Assembly: GCA_023213395.1 (NCBI GenBank)
Contig: CM041465.1
Span: 78,127,741 to 78,191,740 of the forward strand
Reading direction: 5' to 3'
DNA: 64,000 bases
Origin: Cycas panzhihuaensis
Lineage: Eukaryota; Plantae; Cycadophyta
Made by a program: the position numbers and the translations under genes. Each line of letters opens with the position of its first letter. Within the stretch, counting starts at the first letter, position 1. This document shows positions 27,184 through 40,912 of the stretch, piece after piece. Below the pieces are notes generated by a model that was not told where the DNA came from, did no database searches, and saw only the letters and a program-made list of their open reading frames with translations.

Positions 27184-30100
27184 CTTTTCATAGGCCTACT
27201 CTGTTCCTGCACTCTTCATAACTCTTGGGTTAACTGTTGTTCCAATTTCTTCTTTTTGTTTTGGCAATGATAAGAATAAGCCTGTAGTGCTGGGTAAATC
27301 TGAGGTCCTTTTAGAAATTTTAACTGTTGCTTTATCTTGCGACAAGTCTCCTTTAGGACCTGGCACACATTTCTAGACATGAAAAATAAGGTTTATTGTA
27401 TTAGAGTGCTCTACTTCAAAGATGGAGCATTGATATCAATTGATTTAATCCCTTACTTATAGCTTTTGATGAGCATGCCATTGTAGTTATAGGCTCTGAT
27501 ACCATGTGAGAGGAGAGGCATAAGTACATCATTAACATGATCAATGTAAGCAAGAAATAACCAAAAAATAATACTGCATAAGTACACATCAATTGACAAG
27601 TGGAAAACCCCTTCTAGGGAAGAAAAACCACTTCCTAAAGCTAATTTTATTAATAAAGAACTCAAACCACTATACAAAACCACCAACACCTGAAACCAGC
27701 CTTAAAACGGGCATTTGGACAGCCCTCCTAGATTCTTGGAACCATCTCCATGAATCTAGGAGATGAATAAATACAATAGAGGTTCGTTGGAATGTAGTTC
27801 CACATTTCAACGACCATCCACAAATTAATTAATATAAATCTAAGTTTAAAAACATTATAATCACTTAAATTACATATTAGACATGTGACAAAATAATAAC
27901 TTAAAGAAACATAAAGTTTGCATTATATTATCTAACAAGGTATATTGATGACTGTGGCAATATATTATTGATGTAATAATGAGAGCATATTATAAGGGTT
28001 TTGATAGTTGAATGGTATGATAAAAATATTAAGGGTATTGTTATTACTTAAAATCACGTGATATGTGAGTGAAACATATATACTATTAATGTGTGTAATG
28101 AAAGGGCATATACATTAGTGGGCTATAGAGAAAAGTAATGCTTGTGGGTTGAAACCCTAACTATAAAGAATATGAAATAGATTATGAAGAAGTGATAATT
28201 AGCTTTGGACTATGGGTAATAGTCACCATGGAAGAGCTACAACTAAGAGGAAAAAATCTAGCCACATACTTAAAGTAATAGCCATGTTTGTAGAAACGAA
28301 AAACCCTATGGAGAAATATGCAAAGAAAATGAGCTAAGAAGTCTGTACTATCATATGACTAGTTGATCCTCTACAGAGAAGAACATCTAGCCATCATACA
28401 CACAAAAGCCATAGGGGAGGTGAAAATACTAGTTGATCACCATAAAGTTGAAGAAGATGCATGTAATAAATAGATTCCTATAGAACACACAAAAATGAGA
28501 AACATGTCCTGTATTCACCCATGCATTAGTCACCTATAAGCTATAATTACCTAATCTACATCCAAGAACAAACTGCACATGAAGGAAAGCATCACCCATA
28601 TAACTCAAGCACTAGTTGAAGAACAGACACTAATAAAAAACATGGAGGACATAAAAAATCATTTGTAGTTATAGAATCATAATCATAAAGAGTCACCCAT
28701 GCATCAGTCATCCAAAGAAGAAATCATTTAAAGATACACCACTTACAAATACATGGATCTGAATCATAGATTGCCCTCCATAAAGAAGAAGATCATAACA
28801 TTAATATCCATAGACAAATTTGTTGCTCTATAGATATATTTTTGATTTCATTAAAAAAATTTTGCAAGTGAAATAAAAAATTTGACTATTTTTGATAATT
28901 TTTAAAGATATATAGTCCCTTTGTTTGTCAATAGGTGGTTATACGGAGGAGCAAACGTGACGAGGGGATAATCCATTAGGGGGTAGACTTTAAATTTTAA
29001 TAAATTAAATTAGAATATTTTAATTTTTTTTTATAAATTAAATTAAATTTTATTTTAGAATTTAAAATCATATTTCTTAAGGATCGTGAAAATTTTAAGA
29101 TATATATTTTTGACTATAACTTTTCACTATAATATTAGAATCTTGTGCTATTAGTTGTGTTAGAAAGAGAATTTTGCGACAACTAAAATAAGTGGTCATA
29201 AGGCATATTTCAAATATTAAATGATAAAGATATTAATTGATAAATTTCAGCAAAGTGCTCTTAACTTTATAAAATTTACATTTTATGACCTTTTTAAAGA
29301 TTATTTTTTTTGGATATTCTGTTGTTTTCAAAGGCTCTCGATATGATGATTATGATATTTTTTATTTATGAAGAATAAAAAAGAAAGTTTCATTTAAAAG
29401 AAAATAATTTAAAGTATATTTATAATATTTGAAGACTCAAAATAGATAAAAAATATATCAAGTGGGATATATTTGTTGAAATATTAATATGGAATATTCT
29501 TAAAATACTGGATATGAAAATCCCCATTAGAAATTAATCATTTAGCTTAATGGATGCATGACACTGGCTAAATAATATAACATTTGGCTTGAACTATTTT
29601 TTGATGATGTTTTATAACACTTATTGATGAAAATAACACCACCTAATATTTGATAAAGGGTCTAATTTATTTATTTAATAATGGAGAGATAAGTAGTTAT
29701 TGAGAGAATTCCACCTATTTATAAGACATGGAGAAGTCTCATACATTATTATTTGGCATACTAATTAGTTAAGTTTATCTAACTAATAATTAGTTGTTGA
29801 GAGTTGTCTAGCTAAAAGAAGAAAGTGTTTATCAGTGAGAAATTTCACTAGCTACGTATGACAAGAGGTATGGAAATATATAATTTATATGACCTTATTA
29901 CATCTAACTTGTCTTGGCCAAGTAGTTCAACATATTCCTAGAGATAGTATGTTTTGTATGATTGTTTTAATAATGTTATCAAATGTTTATTAAAAGAAAG
30001 TTACAAAGGTATATAAATAAGGGAGCATATAAAGAAATTTTATATATAAGAGGGAAGTAAAGGTTTTATAAATAACTCTTGCAAAACACACTAGATTATG

Positions 30101-31543
30101 TTGTTCTAACTTGTATGTAAGAGGTAGGATTATGTTACTCTTATAACAAACATTTTAAAAATTGATGAACCATATATCTAAAATAATTATCTTAAGAGCT
30201 AGCGATTTAGAGGTTGATTACCCATGTATTTTAAAAGATGGTTATTATTTTATATAGATCCAATAATCAATTTGTTTATTAAGATTGCTGATGACTGGTT
30301 GATAGATATTTGATAGTAGTTTATAGGTAAAGATATAAAGATGTTCAAGAAAATACTTTATATATTAGTTAATATTGATATTGGATGATGATTGATGGTT
30401 TATATTTATAGGTTATATATTTACATTTAGTCACTGATGATCATAAATGACTATATACAAGTTAATTATTATAAGTTAATTCCAATAAAAGATAAGAGAC
30501 AAGTATAACAGATAATAGATTATAGGTTACAAGTGATGATATATGATATAAAGTTTGATATAGATTATAGGATCTAGTAGATATAAAGATAATAATGACC
30601 AAGGAGACAAAGACATTAAAGACTTGAAGATAAAAATAAAAATTTGAAGATATTAAATATTAAGGGGAAATGCTAAAATATATGATTATTCACATATGTA
30701 ATGTTTAATATTAATGATGAGGACACATACACAAACCTACTTTCTAGATGCATTAAGATATATGAAATGTATACATATCTATGATAATATGCTATTGGAT
30801 GGTGTAATAACTCAAAAGAAATTATAGGCTACTTATGAGATATTGTTTTAATATAAATATATGTACACACCACTTAAGAATTTGAGAAAGGTCTTTAACC
30901 TATACATGTATTCATTCTAATATCTAAGAGGAGCTCCCAACTCTACCTTATCTTGTGTTTTTCCACATTGAGTATGTCACATATAAATTTATTGTCATGG
31001 TGATGCTTATTGATACATGTTTATGTTATTTACTCTATATTTATGTTTATTCCTTTATATGTATATATTTCTTATGAGATAATTCAGTCATTATATATAC
31101 ATATTATATTTTTATTACATTATACTTACTATATAATAACATGATAATTCTAAATTCTAACTTTTCTCTAATACCACTTGTAAAAATTTTTCTAATCACT
31201 ACCAATTACTCTTAACATTTGATAATAAAACTTGAGAAAGTCAAGTAAGTAAATAGAAAATTGATATATTAATCTTCATAGAAAATAATATATTTGATTG
31301 ATAAAAAAATATTAAACTTTATAATGCATAGGAGAGTGCATTTATACACCAAACATGTACACTGCTTTATAACTCATTATCCTTAATCCTCACACTAATA
31401 TACTTTATTAACCAATGTGCACTCTTAAATATAATGCAACCCCATTAGATGCTGCTAACACTAGCCATTACTAACTCTATTATCTTAACTTATAACATTA
31501 ACCTACTAGGTTATACCATCCCTAGGTTGTGGGGACCATAGTA

Positions 31544-31895
31544 GTTTAGATCATGTTTGGTTGAGGTTGCTTATAAGGATTGATTAGAATATTCTCTTTG
31601 CTATCTTTCTTATTATTATCTTTTTAACTAAGCCTTTATTAAGTAACCATATGACTCTTCTTGCCATAATTAAAATATTTATTATTATTTTTATTTTGTG
31701 GCTTGTCCTTCTTAGGATTTTTATTTTATCAAAAATTTCTTATGTCCTTTAAAAAATTAATATTCTTATTATTTATGTAAAATTTTTATTTACTTTTGAA
31801 TATCTTGTTTTGAGGTCTTACTATAGTTTATGCTGCCTTATTTTTAATGTTTTCTTTAAAATTTGTCTAAATGCTATTAGTTTTATTATGATCAT
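31544..31895 (-). pseudogene. Gag C-terminal part of A with decayed zinc knuckle
   Basis: KYFNYGKKSHMVT* at ~31640-31680 matches a C->Y-decayed CX2CX4HX4C. It lies between inserts B and F. Confidence 0.6.
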
Positions 31896-32339
31896 TATTT
31901 CAACTAATTATAACCCTTCTTGGTTAATGGCTAGGTCTCTTGCCTTCTCTTTATTGTTGGGGTTGACTGACTGACTGCATGGTACTATAAAGTAGCTTTG
32001 TATTCTGGTTATTTGAAATCATGTTGATTGTGATTGTGCTTGACTATTTTGTTGATGATTAAAAGATCTTAATGGTGTCAAATCAATAAAAAGCCCATTT
32101 AAAAGTACTCTTAATTTATTTACCTATTTAACTTGGTTGGTGATTTTATGATGTCATTTCCCCCTGATTTACCATTTTTTCTACTTCATTGGCTCTTTAT
32201 TGAGTTAATTCGACCATCATTATTATTTTTTAATCTTTTAAGATTTTAAATTTTATTCAAAATTTTCTTTTTTTTTCAAGCTCATGTCTTCGTGTGGTTT
32301 TCTCTCATAGTTTTATTTATATACTCATAATATGTATGA

Positions 32340-32545
32340 TTGTTTTGATCTTAGATATTTTTTTTAAGGGTTTATATGCTTCCTCTTCCTATATTTATAG
32401 GCTTAGATGCCTCTTTCTCTTTTTTAGGGTTTAGATATTTCTTCCTCTTTTTTAGAGCTTAGATGCTTCTTCTTCCTCTTTTGAGGACTTAAATGCTTCT
32501 TCTTCCTCTTTTTGAGGGCTTAGATGCTTCTTCCTCTTTTTAGGA
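32340..32545 (+). repeat. ~29-bp tandem repeat (ttagatgcttcttcctctttt) in the F 5' LTR
   Basis: About 6-7 degenerate copies are visible. Confidence 0.85.
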
Positions 32546-34419
32546 AGGGGGGAGGTTGGAATTTAGAAGGGTCTTCTTCTTTATTTTTTTTTTTTTGATG
32601 CAAGATTTTAAGAGAAAAAAGAGTCTTGAAGTACATGATAAAAGGGTGATTTATTAAAAATGAAGGATGATAGGTTCAATAACCTTTATTAGGGCTAGGT
32701 TTCTATTCTCTTTTATAGTTTTTTTCTTGATATTCAAGCTTGAGGAATATATTGGAAGAGAAATTAGAAGATTTTACTAGTTTTTCAAGTAAATGGAGCT
32801 CTTCCTTCAAGCTCACTTATGTTTCTATTATTTCTAGCTAGTTTTTGGAATGCAAAGCTTAAGTCTTCCCTTTCTTTTCTTCTATTTTCTTCCTCTCTAC
32901 CTTCTATTTTCTCATCATTTTCCCCTTGTTTCTTCAACCATGCTATTTTCTTTCACTTCCTTCCCTTCTCTTTTTATTGCTTATACCAATTAACTTAATA
33001 GAGTAATTTGAAAGTGACTCTTAGGTAAGGATATTTATCTGAGGTATTCTCTCTTCTCATTTATAAAGGTTCTTTGGTGAGATTATTTACTCTTATTTTT
33101 TCTTTTTAGTTTACTCTTTTTTTCTTTTAAAGAAAAGATAAAGAAAAACGAAAGGTGTTTCATGCACGTTACATTTAGTTCCTTTTGAGTTGGCTACTAT
33201 TGAACTCTTCTATTATCCTTAAGGAATTTGTATACTTTTTATTAGTTTAAATAGACTAGCATTTGTTTATAATATTTTTTAAGGCTCTATTTTCTCTGTT
33301 TCATCATTTCTTCAATACAATAGGTGTTTTGAGAATTCCTTATTATAGTCTTGGAAAGGCCTGACCTTGTATGTTGAGAACTCTCCTTGGGTGTTAACAC
33401 TATTTTAGCCTATATTACAAACCCAAAGACAAGTATAATAAGCTTTTCCAAGTAAGTTTCTTTACTTTGCTTCAAAATCGTTTTATGAAAAAAAGAAAAT
33501 AAAGTAGTTTTATAAGCTAGGTTAAATGTAAGAATAATAAAAGAACCCTCTCATTTCTCTAGATACTATTTTGTTAAAAAAAAAAGAATATTTATAATTT
33601 CACATATTTAGTTTGCATTAGCTTCATATTTTCCTTAATTAGTATTTTGCATTTGGATTGATTGTTCATACAATACAAAAGTATATATAGTTATCCATTT
33701 AGGATTGCTTACATTTTGGTCCTCCTAGGATAGATCTATTTCTATTAGTTAGGACTTTATTGATTGACTAGGTAGTTATGCCCCTTGCATATCAACCTTA
33801 TCCTTCCTTTAAAAGTAAATATATCCCATTGTGAGGAAGTTTTTAATTGACTAGGCCTTCATCTCCCTATCATATTAGACTCTCCCTTCTTTGTGAGTCC
33901 TTTCATTTCTAGCCATAATTCGAACACTAAAAATGGTAGTCCATCATCACATTTTGGGTTGAGAGTGGCTTTCTCTTTCTTTTTCACCTCTAAGTGTGGG
34001 AATCTACTAGAGTTAGATGAAGCATTCTCAGGCCATCAATCCTCACGGGTGGATCATTATTGGGTGAGTGAGACCCCAATGACTGACCCCTGATAGGGTT
34101 ATTAATCCAGTGTATGATCTCTCCTAAATCCCTACACTTGTCAATACTCTCATTCCTTAGTATGGTTTATTGTAGTTTACTTCTTTTGGATGGGCTAGAG
34201 GTATAGGTTAGAATCCCTTTTTTAACGTCAAACTTAGAAAGGATATAATAATAAAAGAACTTAGGACATTGATTAGGGAAAGCTTTCTCTTAATGTACCC
34301 CTTAATAGTTAAGAGATTGATTATTCTTCTTCTTAACAAAAATGGGTTCTTGTTGTTTTGGTTGTTTATATTTCTTTTTGCCTAGCTTAAGACTTTTTCT
34401 AGTTCAGTTTCTTTCCTCC

Positions 34420-34925
34420 TAGTTGTAACTAATTATAACTAGGTTACAACCAAGTGAGACCAAGTGCAGTAAGATTGTAATCAAGTACAACTAAGTTGTA
34501 ATCAAGTATAACCAAGTTACAACCAACTACAACTAAATTACAACCAAGTACAATCAAGTTGCAACCAACTACAACCAAACTACAACTAGGTTGCAACCAA
34601 GTATAACCAAGTTATAACCAACTACAACTAGGTTATAACCAAGTCCAACTAGACTATAACCAGCTACAACCAAGTTACAACTGAGTGAGACCAAGTGCAA
34701 CTAGATTACAACCAACTACAACTAGGTTGCAACTAAATGAGATCAAGTACAACTAGGTTACAACCAACTACAACCAAGATGCAACTAAGTATAACTAGGT
34801 TATAACCAAGTGTAACTAGGTTATAACCAACTATAATCAAGTGAGATTAAATTGTAATCAACTACAACTAGGTTGCAATCAAGTGTAACTAGGTTACAAC
34901 TAAGTAGAACTAGGTTATCAACAAC
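34420..34925 (+). repeat. 9-10-bp tandem repeat (caaccaagt / caactaggtt) in the F 5' LTR
   Basis: Continuous degenerate array. Confidence 0.88.
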
Positions 34926-37900
34926 CATAATATAATCAAAGTAACTTATATATTTATCCAACACACTTAGAGAAATCATCCCTATTTTATTAAATAAGGT
35001 CAAAAGTCCTAGTTACTTTAAAACTCTCACTCTTGAGTCAGCTTAGTCAACTAGGCCTTCTAACCTTGAAATATCTCCTGACAACCATATTAGGGAGTTA
35101 TCAAAACTTCCTAGCCTCTCTTTAAATATCTTTTACTTCACAACCTTCACACTTTCATTTTATTTAAATAGATCCTTTACAAATATACCCTAGATGATCT
35201 TGGAGACTTCTTAGTCTCTCACCTATAGATCTTGCCACTTTATCTCTTCCTATTGACCTTTGATTATTAGAAGGTTATAAGACTTCTATTACTAATTTTG
35301 AGTCCCCTATTAGGACTCCTAACATCAACAATCTATTGAGTATGAAGAAGAGCCCTTATTAAAAGAAATACCCATTAGAGAAGTAGTTCACCTATTTAGA
35401 AACATCTCTTTGGAAGGAAATGCATGTCATCTTTATTTCCCTTTATTGACCACCGGAGACCCTTGTCCTACAAGGAGGGACTTAAATTATCCACTTTATA
35501 TCCCCCCCCTCCCATGGTATATCCCTTTGAGGTAGCCTTTGGTCCTATTTCCCTCGTGTAGACTATTCCATACATGATTGCCTAAGAGAGAGGAGATCAT
35601 GTATTGGCCTCTTAACCCTTTATGTTGGTCATGGACCCCAGAGGTCATGTCCAAGGATCTCACACTACCCTTCCCACATCTTGGTAACATCCCCTTTCCT
35701 TAGGAACTTCTCAACTAGGTCTATAACCTTCTTTTGTTATTCTTATTCAAGGAACCATATATCAATAAGGGACTCATCCTACATCTAGATTTGTTTCTCC
35801 TTTAAGAGAAACATACCCTTTTTTAAACCAATCCTTCCTATGCTCAACCCTACTTTATTAGTTTGGGTATGCCTATCCCTTAAGAATTAATATTTATATC
35901 TCAAGAGTCAACATTTATCCCTCAATAATCTATAATTAACCAATTGGCTTCTCAATCTAATATACTAATCACCACACACTCCTAACCTCCTAATGTTTAA
36001 GCGACATCATTTGGTTATATCTCATAAGGATATCCTAGTATATCTCTTGGCTATGGTCCATATCCTCAACAACTCCATTACTAATAAGTTATCCCTTAGG
36101 GGGTATCCTTCCCCCACACTAATATTTAATCTTCTCCTAGATATGTGGCATCTCAAATCCAACTTCCTCACCTCTTTTACCCTTAGACAACTAAAAATTT
36201 GGATCTTACTTAAATAACTTCTTAAACAACTTAATTGCTTAGGACTAAGAGATCTTATTCTTATTATAAGAAGAGTCAATTTTCATAAGAAATTTTACTT
36301 TTTCCTCTTCCACATTTCATTCCTAAATTGGCTAAGTTCTTAAGCAAATCCTGTCAAGATCCTATAATACATATCCAAGCCTTTACTCTTGCTTGTAACA
36401 ATTACCTAGATTATGACTATGTGATGATGCGCTTATTCCCTAAAACTCTTCAAGGTGATGCCTTGAAGTGGTTTTATTGACTCAAACCATCATCCATTTA
36501 TACTCTTCCAATATCTAGTTGACACTTTTGTCAGTTATTTTGAAGTTGCCTAACCTTTTGATATGGGAATTAAGTCCTTATTATCTATCAAACAAGGGGA
36601 TGAAGAGTCCCCTCATGACTTTGTGCATCACTTTCAAGACTTAGTTCACTCCACTCTAGTCCCATTAGCTGACACTTGACTTTGTGGCCTATTCACTAAT
36701 GCTCTTAGGCCACAAGTTCATCTTGAAGTCTTGTAGTTGATTCCACACTCTTATGAAGATGTAATAGAAAATTGCTTTGCCTTTGAAACCTTCAAGATTC
36801 AAGTAAAAATTAATAAGTTTTTCAAGCTAGTTACTTCTAATGATAAATCTACCCCTTATATAGAAAGTAATCCTATTTAGGGAGAACATATGTATGATCA
36901 CCTTACCTCTTCCATTTGAGTGCTAGAAATGTTGATCAATATGAAACTTCATGTTGACCTTAATTCTGAAACTAAGAAAGGGATAAAAATTATCTAATTC
37001 ACTGAGCAAAAAAGAGATCAATCACTTAGAACCCTTCTACTTAAAAATATGCCTTGGTGCACATACCATCAAATGGATATACACGATCATGAGCAAAATA
37101 ATAAATTCAAGGCCATCTTGAGGCATGGTTAGGTGAATGAAAAACTTATCTCTAAACCTAATCAAAACCAACTCATTCATATTGACCCCTTACCCATTCA
37201 TACTAGGAAACTATCACAAGATAAAGGTAAGGCCACAGCTGATGACAATTATGATTCTTCAAATTCTGACTTTGAGTAAAATAAAAAATGTTAACCTCCT
37301 AATAAATAAATCATTAAAAAGATTAATCCTTCAAATAAACTTCCCTTAAAAGGAAATGAATCTAAGAAGACCATCAACATGGCGGAGGCCTACAAAATCT
37401 CCACTTCTTTTAAGACTAATGATTTTGATGTTTCATCTAAAGACAAGTCTTTAGATTATCCCCCTCAACTACCTATTAGACTTATATGTTTTAGGTCCAT
37501 TTCACAATTAATTAAAGACAACTCTTTTTCACTTATAGAAGAGTTAAAGACTATTCCTACTGGAATCTCTGTCTTAGATCTTTTACAAAGATGCTCAGAA
37601 CAAAGGCAACTCCTTTTAGACAATGTGGGGGTTCTTAGACCATCTTCTCTTAGAAAACTAATTGTCGCTTTCAATCCTAATCTTTTATAAGATGAAGAGA
37701 AGCATAACCACAATGAAATCTCAAAATTTTACATTGAAATAATGAAAGATTACATTAAGATTAAGAGGTGTGTAGTTAAAGAGGGGATTATAGTTAATGT
37801 TATCCCATTATGAGTTCTTGAAGGTTTAGAAATTTCTACTTATAAACTAATTGATTGGGATTGTTAAGGCTATGATAAAAACCAAAAGACTCCCATAGGC

Positions 37901-38295
37901 TAAGCCACCCTTTCTCTCACACTTAAAGGTAAAACTATCATGGATAAAGTCACCATTATTAATTTTGATTTCAAATCTAATATAGTTCTTGGCCAATCTT
38001 GGATTATTTAATGTCAGTAGTGTGTTCTTTATTATTTAGTGAACTCAAGTTTATCCATGATGGAGAACTAAAGGTCATCAAGTATAAGAACAAACTTGTA
38101 CAAAAATCTATCCCATTAATTGGAACAATCCAAGAAGAAAGTGAATCATCCTCTCCTCTTGCCTTCTTGGGTTTTTGTTAATACTTTGATGCTAATTTTC
38201 TATTTCAAATTAGCTAAGAAGGAACCAAATTGATTCTCATGATCACTACCACTTAATAGTCTAAATCATTCATTAATCCTCTTGATGACATCTTA

Positions 38296-40912
38296 TGTAG
38301 CAACCTTATAGAATTCTTCTAACAGATTTTATAGAAATAGACAAAATATCCACCAAATGCACTTGCAAAATATCCAATCAAGAGAGTAATAATACAAATC
38401 CACTTGAATACAAATATAAAATGGTATGAAATGAATATAAAGCAATAGATACAACATTACCAAAAGATCCCACAAATTACTGACGATAAAGAATCCCTCT
38501 TCAAGGCGAGGTTCCCTCCACAAAGCTCCTCAAAAGGGCCAAAAATACTACAGTCCAAGACTTCTTCGATGATCGATGAAATGAGGCCACAAATCCTCCT
38601 TAAATAGGCGGCCAACGGATAGCAATAGAAGTCGGCCAAAAAGATGATATTATTCTTAATACTGCACCAATAGAAGTCAGCTAGGACTTCTCTAAAAACT
38701 GGCAAGCCAACTTTAAATGGTCATAACTTTTGATGCAGATGTCAAAATTAACTTTTGTCTGGACCATTGGAATCGTCGTTCAGAGAGCTTTGATTTGAGT
38801 GGTCATATACTATACTTTTGACCACATTTTGGAATGATACAATTCCCCTTCCCTTAAAATAATACTTCGCCCTTAAAGTATTAAGAAATGCTTGTAGCTC
38901 GGTCTAACCTTCCCACCACCTCCGGCTAGATCCTGTAGGTCATGAAGATTTCCCTCAATCTTGTGTCTTCTTTGGGGCTGCACTGACAAGCATCTTGTAT
39001 TTTCTGATGTTTGTTCTTGGAACCAAGTACCTGCGACGCCTTGTTCTGAATTGAAAGGATCCTGCGACTTGTGAGGTATCTCAAATGTCTTGTCTTGGTC
39101 TTGCCTTGCATTTGCACCTTTTGTTTCCAAATGGGATGGATTTTGGAAAAAGATGTGAAGGCTTTGGTAACAAAATTGATTGTGAGGGTCAAGGATTGAT
39201 GATTGCCTATTGTAGGAAAAAGAAAGGGAGGACTTGTGAACTAAGATCAAGCATAGCTTTGAAGCTATAGATAGAAAGGATAAAATTTGGAATATGTCTT
39301 GTACGGAGATGTAAGTTCGTATAAGTTTTGTTGAACCATAACTCTTTTTGGGAGAGAAAGATGGATGGGGGATTAGTGATAGAGGTTCTTTATGAAAAAA
39401 AGATTTTAATAGGGTTATAGAATTGGTATTCAAATAAAAGAAAAGATTTAATGGAAAAAAATAATATTGATAATATGGAATTGAAGAGGCATGGAAAAAA
39501 TTAGACTGGGTTTTGTAAGAGATAATACTAAGAGGTGAAACCTGACAAATGGATTGAACTTGAAGGGTGTCCTATTGAGGATTATTTATAGGGGTTAAAG
39601 GAGTAGGTGAGTAAAGAGACGGACTAGGGTTACAGAGAGGAATTAGAATTTGACCTATGAAAAAACTAAGGTTAGGAAAATTAGGAGCATGGCTAACTAT
39701 AGGTTGAGGAGAGAAGGGCTCTTGTATTGCTATTGAACTAGGGAAAGAGAGAGGACATACAAAACTATCGAATAAAATGTGCATGTGCAATGCAGGATCA
39801 ATGGGTACCTTGCATGAGATTTGTTGAGAAAAATTTGCTTGTTCTTCATTGTCTTTGTACTGCTCTTGTGTAACTTCACCTTGGATTTCCTCTCTGATAT
39901 TGAAATGAGACTCTTCTATTACTTGTGCATGCTCCAAGTCGTCTACGTCGTCATATTGTTTTCTCTGGGCTAGATCTCGTTCTAGCACTTGCAAAACCTC
40001 TAGGATCTCCTCATCAATAATGTCTTCTTCTTGCCCTTCCTCATCTGCTTGAACCTCACCCTGCTTATGTTCTTTAAAAGCTGTGGTAGCTGCCTCTGAA
40101 AATTGGTACCATAGAAAAGGTTCTTTAGCCCAATTAATGAACCACTCATAAGCTTGTCCATTTAATATCATTTCCAATAATGGTCCATATTCTTCCATTT
40201 CTGTATCAGACGTAAACTCAAAATCTTCTATCCATATTTTCATGCCCTCGTAATCCTCCAAATTTGAAAAATCATCTCCATTTTTTTCTCAGGCTTTATA
40301 TGTTCCACGTGTTCTTCTCATGTTCTACTTTGCCCTTTCCCTTCAAAACGAAGCTCTGATACCACTTGTAGCAACCTTATAGAATTCTTCTAACATATTT
40401 TATAGAAATAGACAAAATATCCACCAAATGCACTTGCAAAATATCTAATCAAGAGAGTAATAATATAAATCCACTTGAATACAAATATAAAATGGTATGA
40501 AATGAATATAAAGCAATAGATACAACGTTACCAAAAGATCCCGTAAATTACTGACGATAAAGAATCCCTCTTCGAGGCGAGGTTCCCTCCATAAAGCTCC
40601 TCAAAAGGGCCGAAAATACTACAGTCCAAGACTTCTTCGATGATCAATGAAATGAGGCCACAAATCCTCCTTAAATAGGCGGCCAACGGATAGCAATAGA
40701 AGTCAGCCAAAAAGATGATATTATTCTTAATACTGCACCAATAGAAGTCAGCCAGGACTTCTCTAAAAACTGGCAGGCCAACTTTAAATGGTCATAACTT
40801 TCGATGCAGATGTCATAATTAACTTTTGTCTGGACCATTGGAATCGTCGTTCAGAGAGCTTTGAATTGAATGATCATATACTATACTTTTGACCATATTT
40901 TAGAATGCTACA
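38296..40912 (-). mobile_element. Young non-autonomous LTR element G (TR-GAG/LARD-like); LTRs 38296-38841 and 40367-40912
   Basis: Two 546-bp TG..CA LTRs with ~21 substitutions counted by eye (~96% identity). Perfect TSD tctta. PBS gctctgatacca at 40353-40364; PPT aagggaagggg next to 38841. The 1.5-kb interior has no RT or integrase. Confidence 0.95.
38873..40321 (-). pseudogene. Single ~482-codon ORF of G (Gag-like N-terminus, acidic region, unknown Pro/Ser/hydrophobic region) with two in-frame stops
   Basis: ATG 40321, ORF 39572-40261 and ORF 38873-39433 are in one frame. Manual translation shows only TGA (40289-40291) and TAG (39572-39574) interrupting it. The N-terminal WIEDFE..LNGQAYEWF..W.QF...AF resembles a Gag capsid pattern. 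Confidence 0.75.

Larger units (their letters stand above)
21017..27937 (-). mobile_element. Full-length Ty1/Copia element E; LTRs 21017-21449 and 27505-27937
   Basis: Two 433-bp TG..CA LTRs (~90% identical by eye). Perfect TSD aggta (21012-21016 / 27938-27942). PBS gctctgatacca at 27493-27504; PPT tccccctt at 21450-21457. Confidence 0.96.
15052..31163 (+). mobile_element. Non-autonomous Copia-type element C (LARD-like); 5' LTR 15052-15189 + 19819-20215, 3' LTR 30671-31163 (truncated)
   Basis: The LTR halves rejoin and align with 30671-31163. PBS TGGTATCAGAGCC at 20216-20228; PPT aaggggaaa at 30662-30670. Internal parts (20229-21016, 27938-30660) show no RT or integrase motifs. Confidence 0.82.
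12527..31543 (-). mobile_element. LTR element B (Gypsy-type termini, no recognisable pol); LTRs 12527-12915 and 31179-31543
   Basis: The two ~370-390 bp LTRs align. PBS ctctaatacca at 31166-31176; PPT ttcccttcctcttt at 12916-12929. Flanks atttg/gttta fit a decayed 5-bp TSD. The element splits A between gag and protease. Confidence 0.8.

Noticed and set aside
38329-38705. Duplicated small ORFs (also 40528-40710)
   Set aside because: They are incidental frames within G's LTRs.
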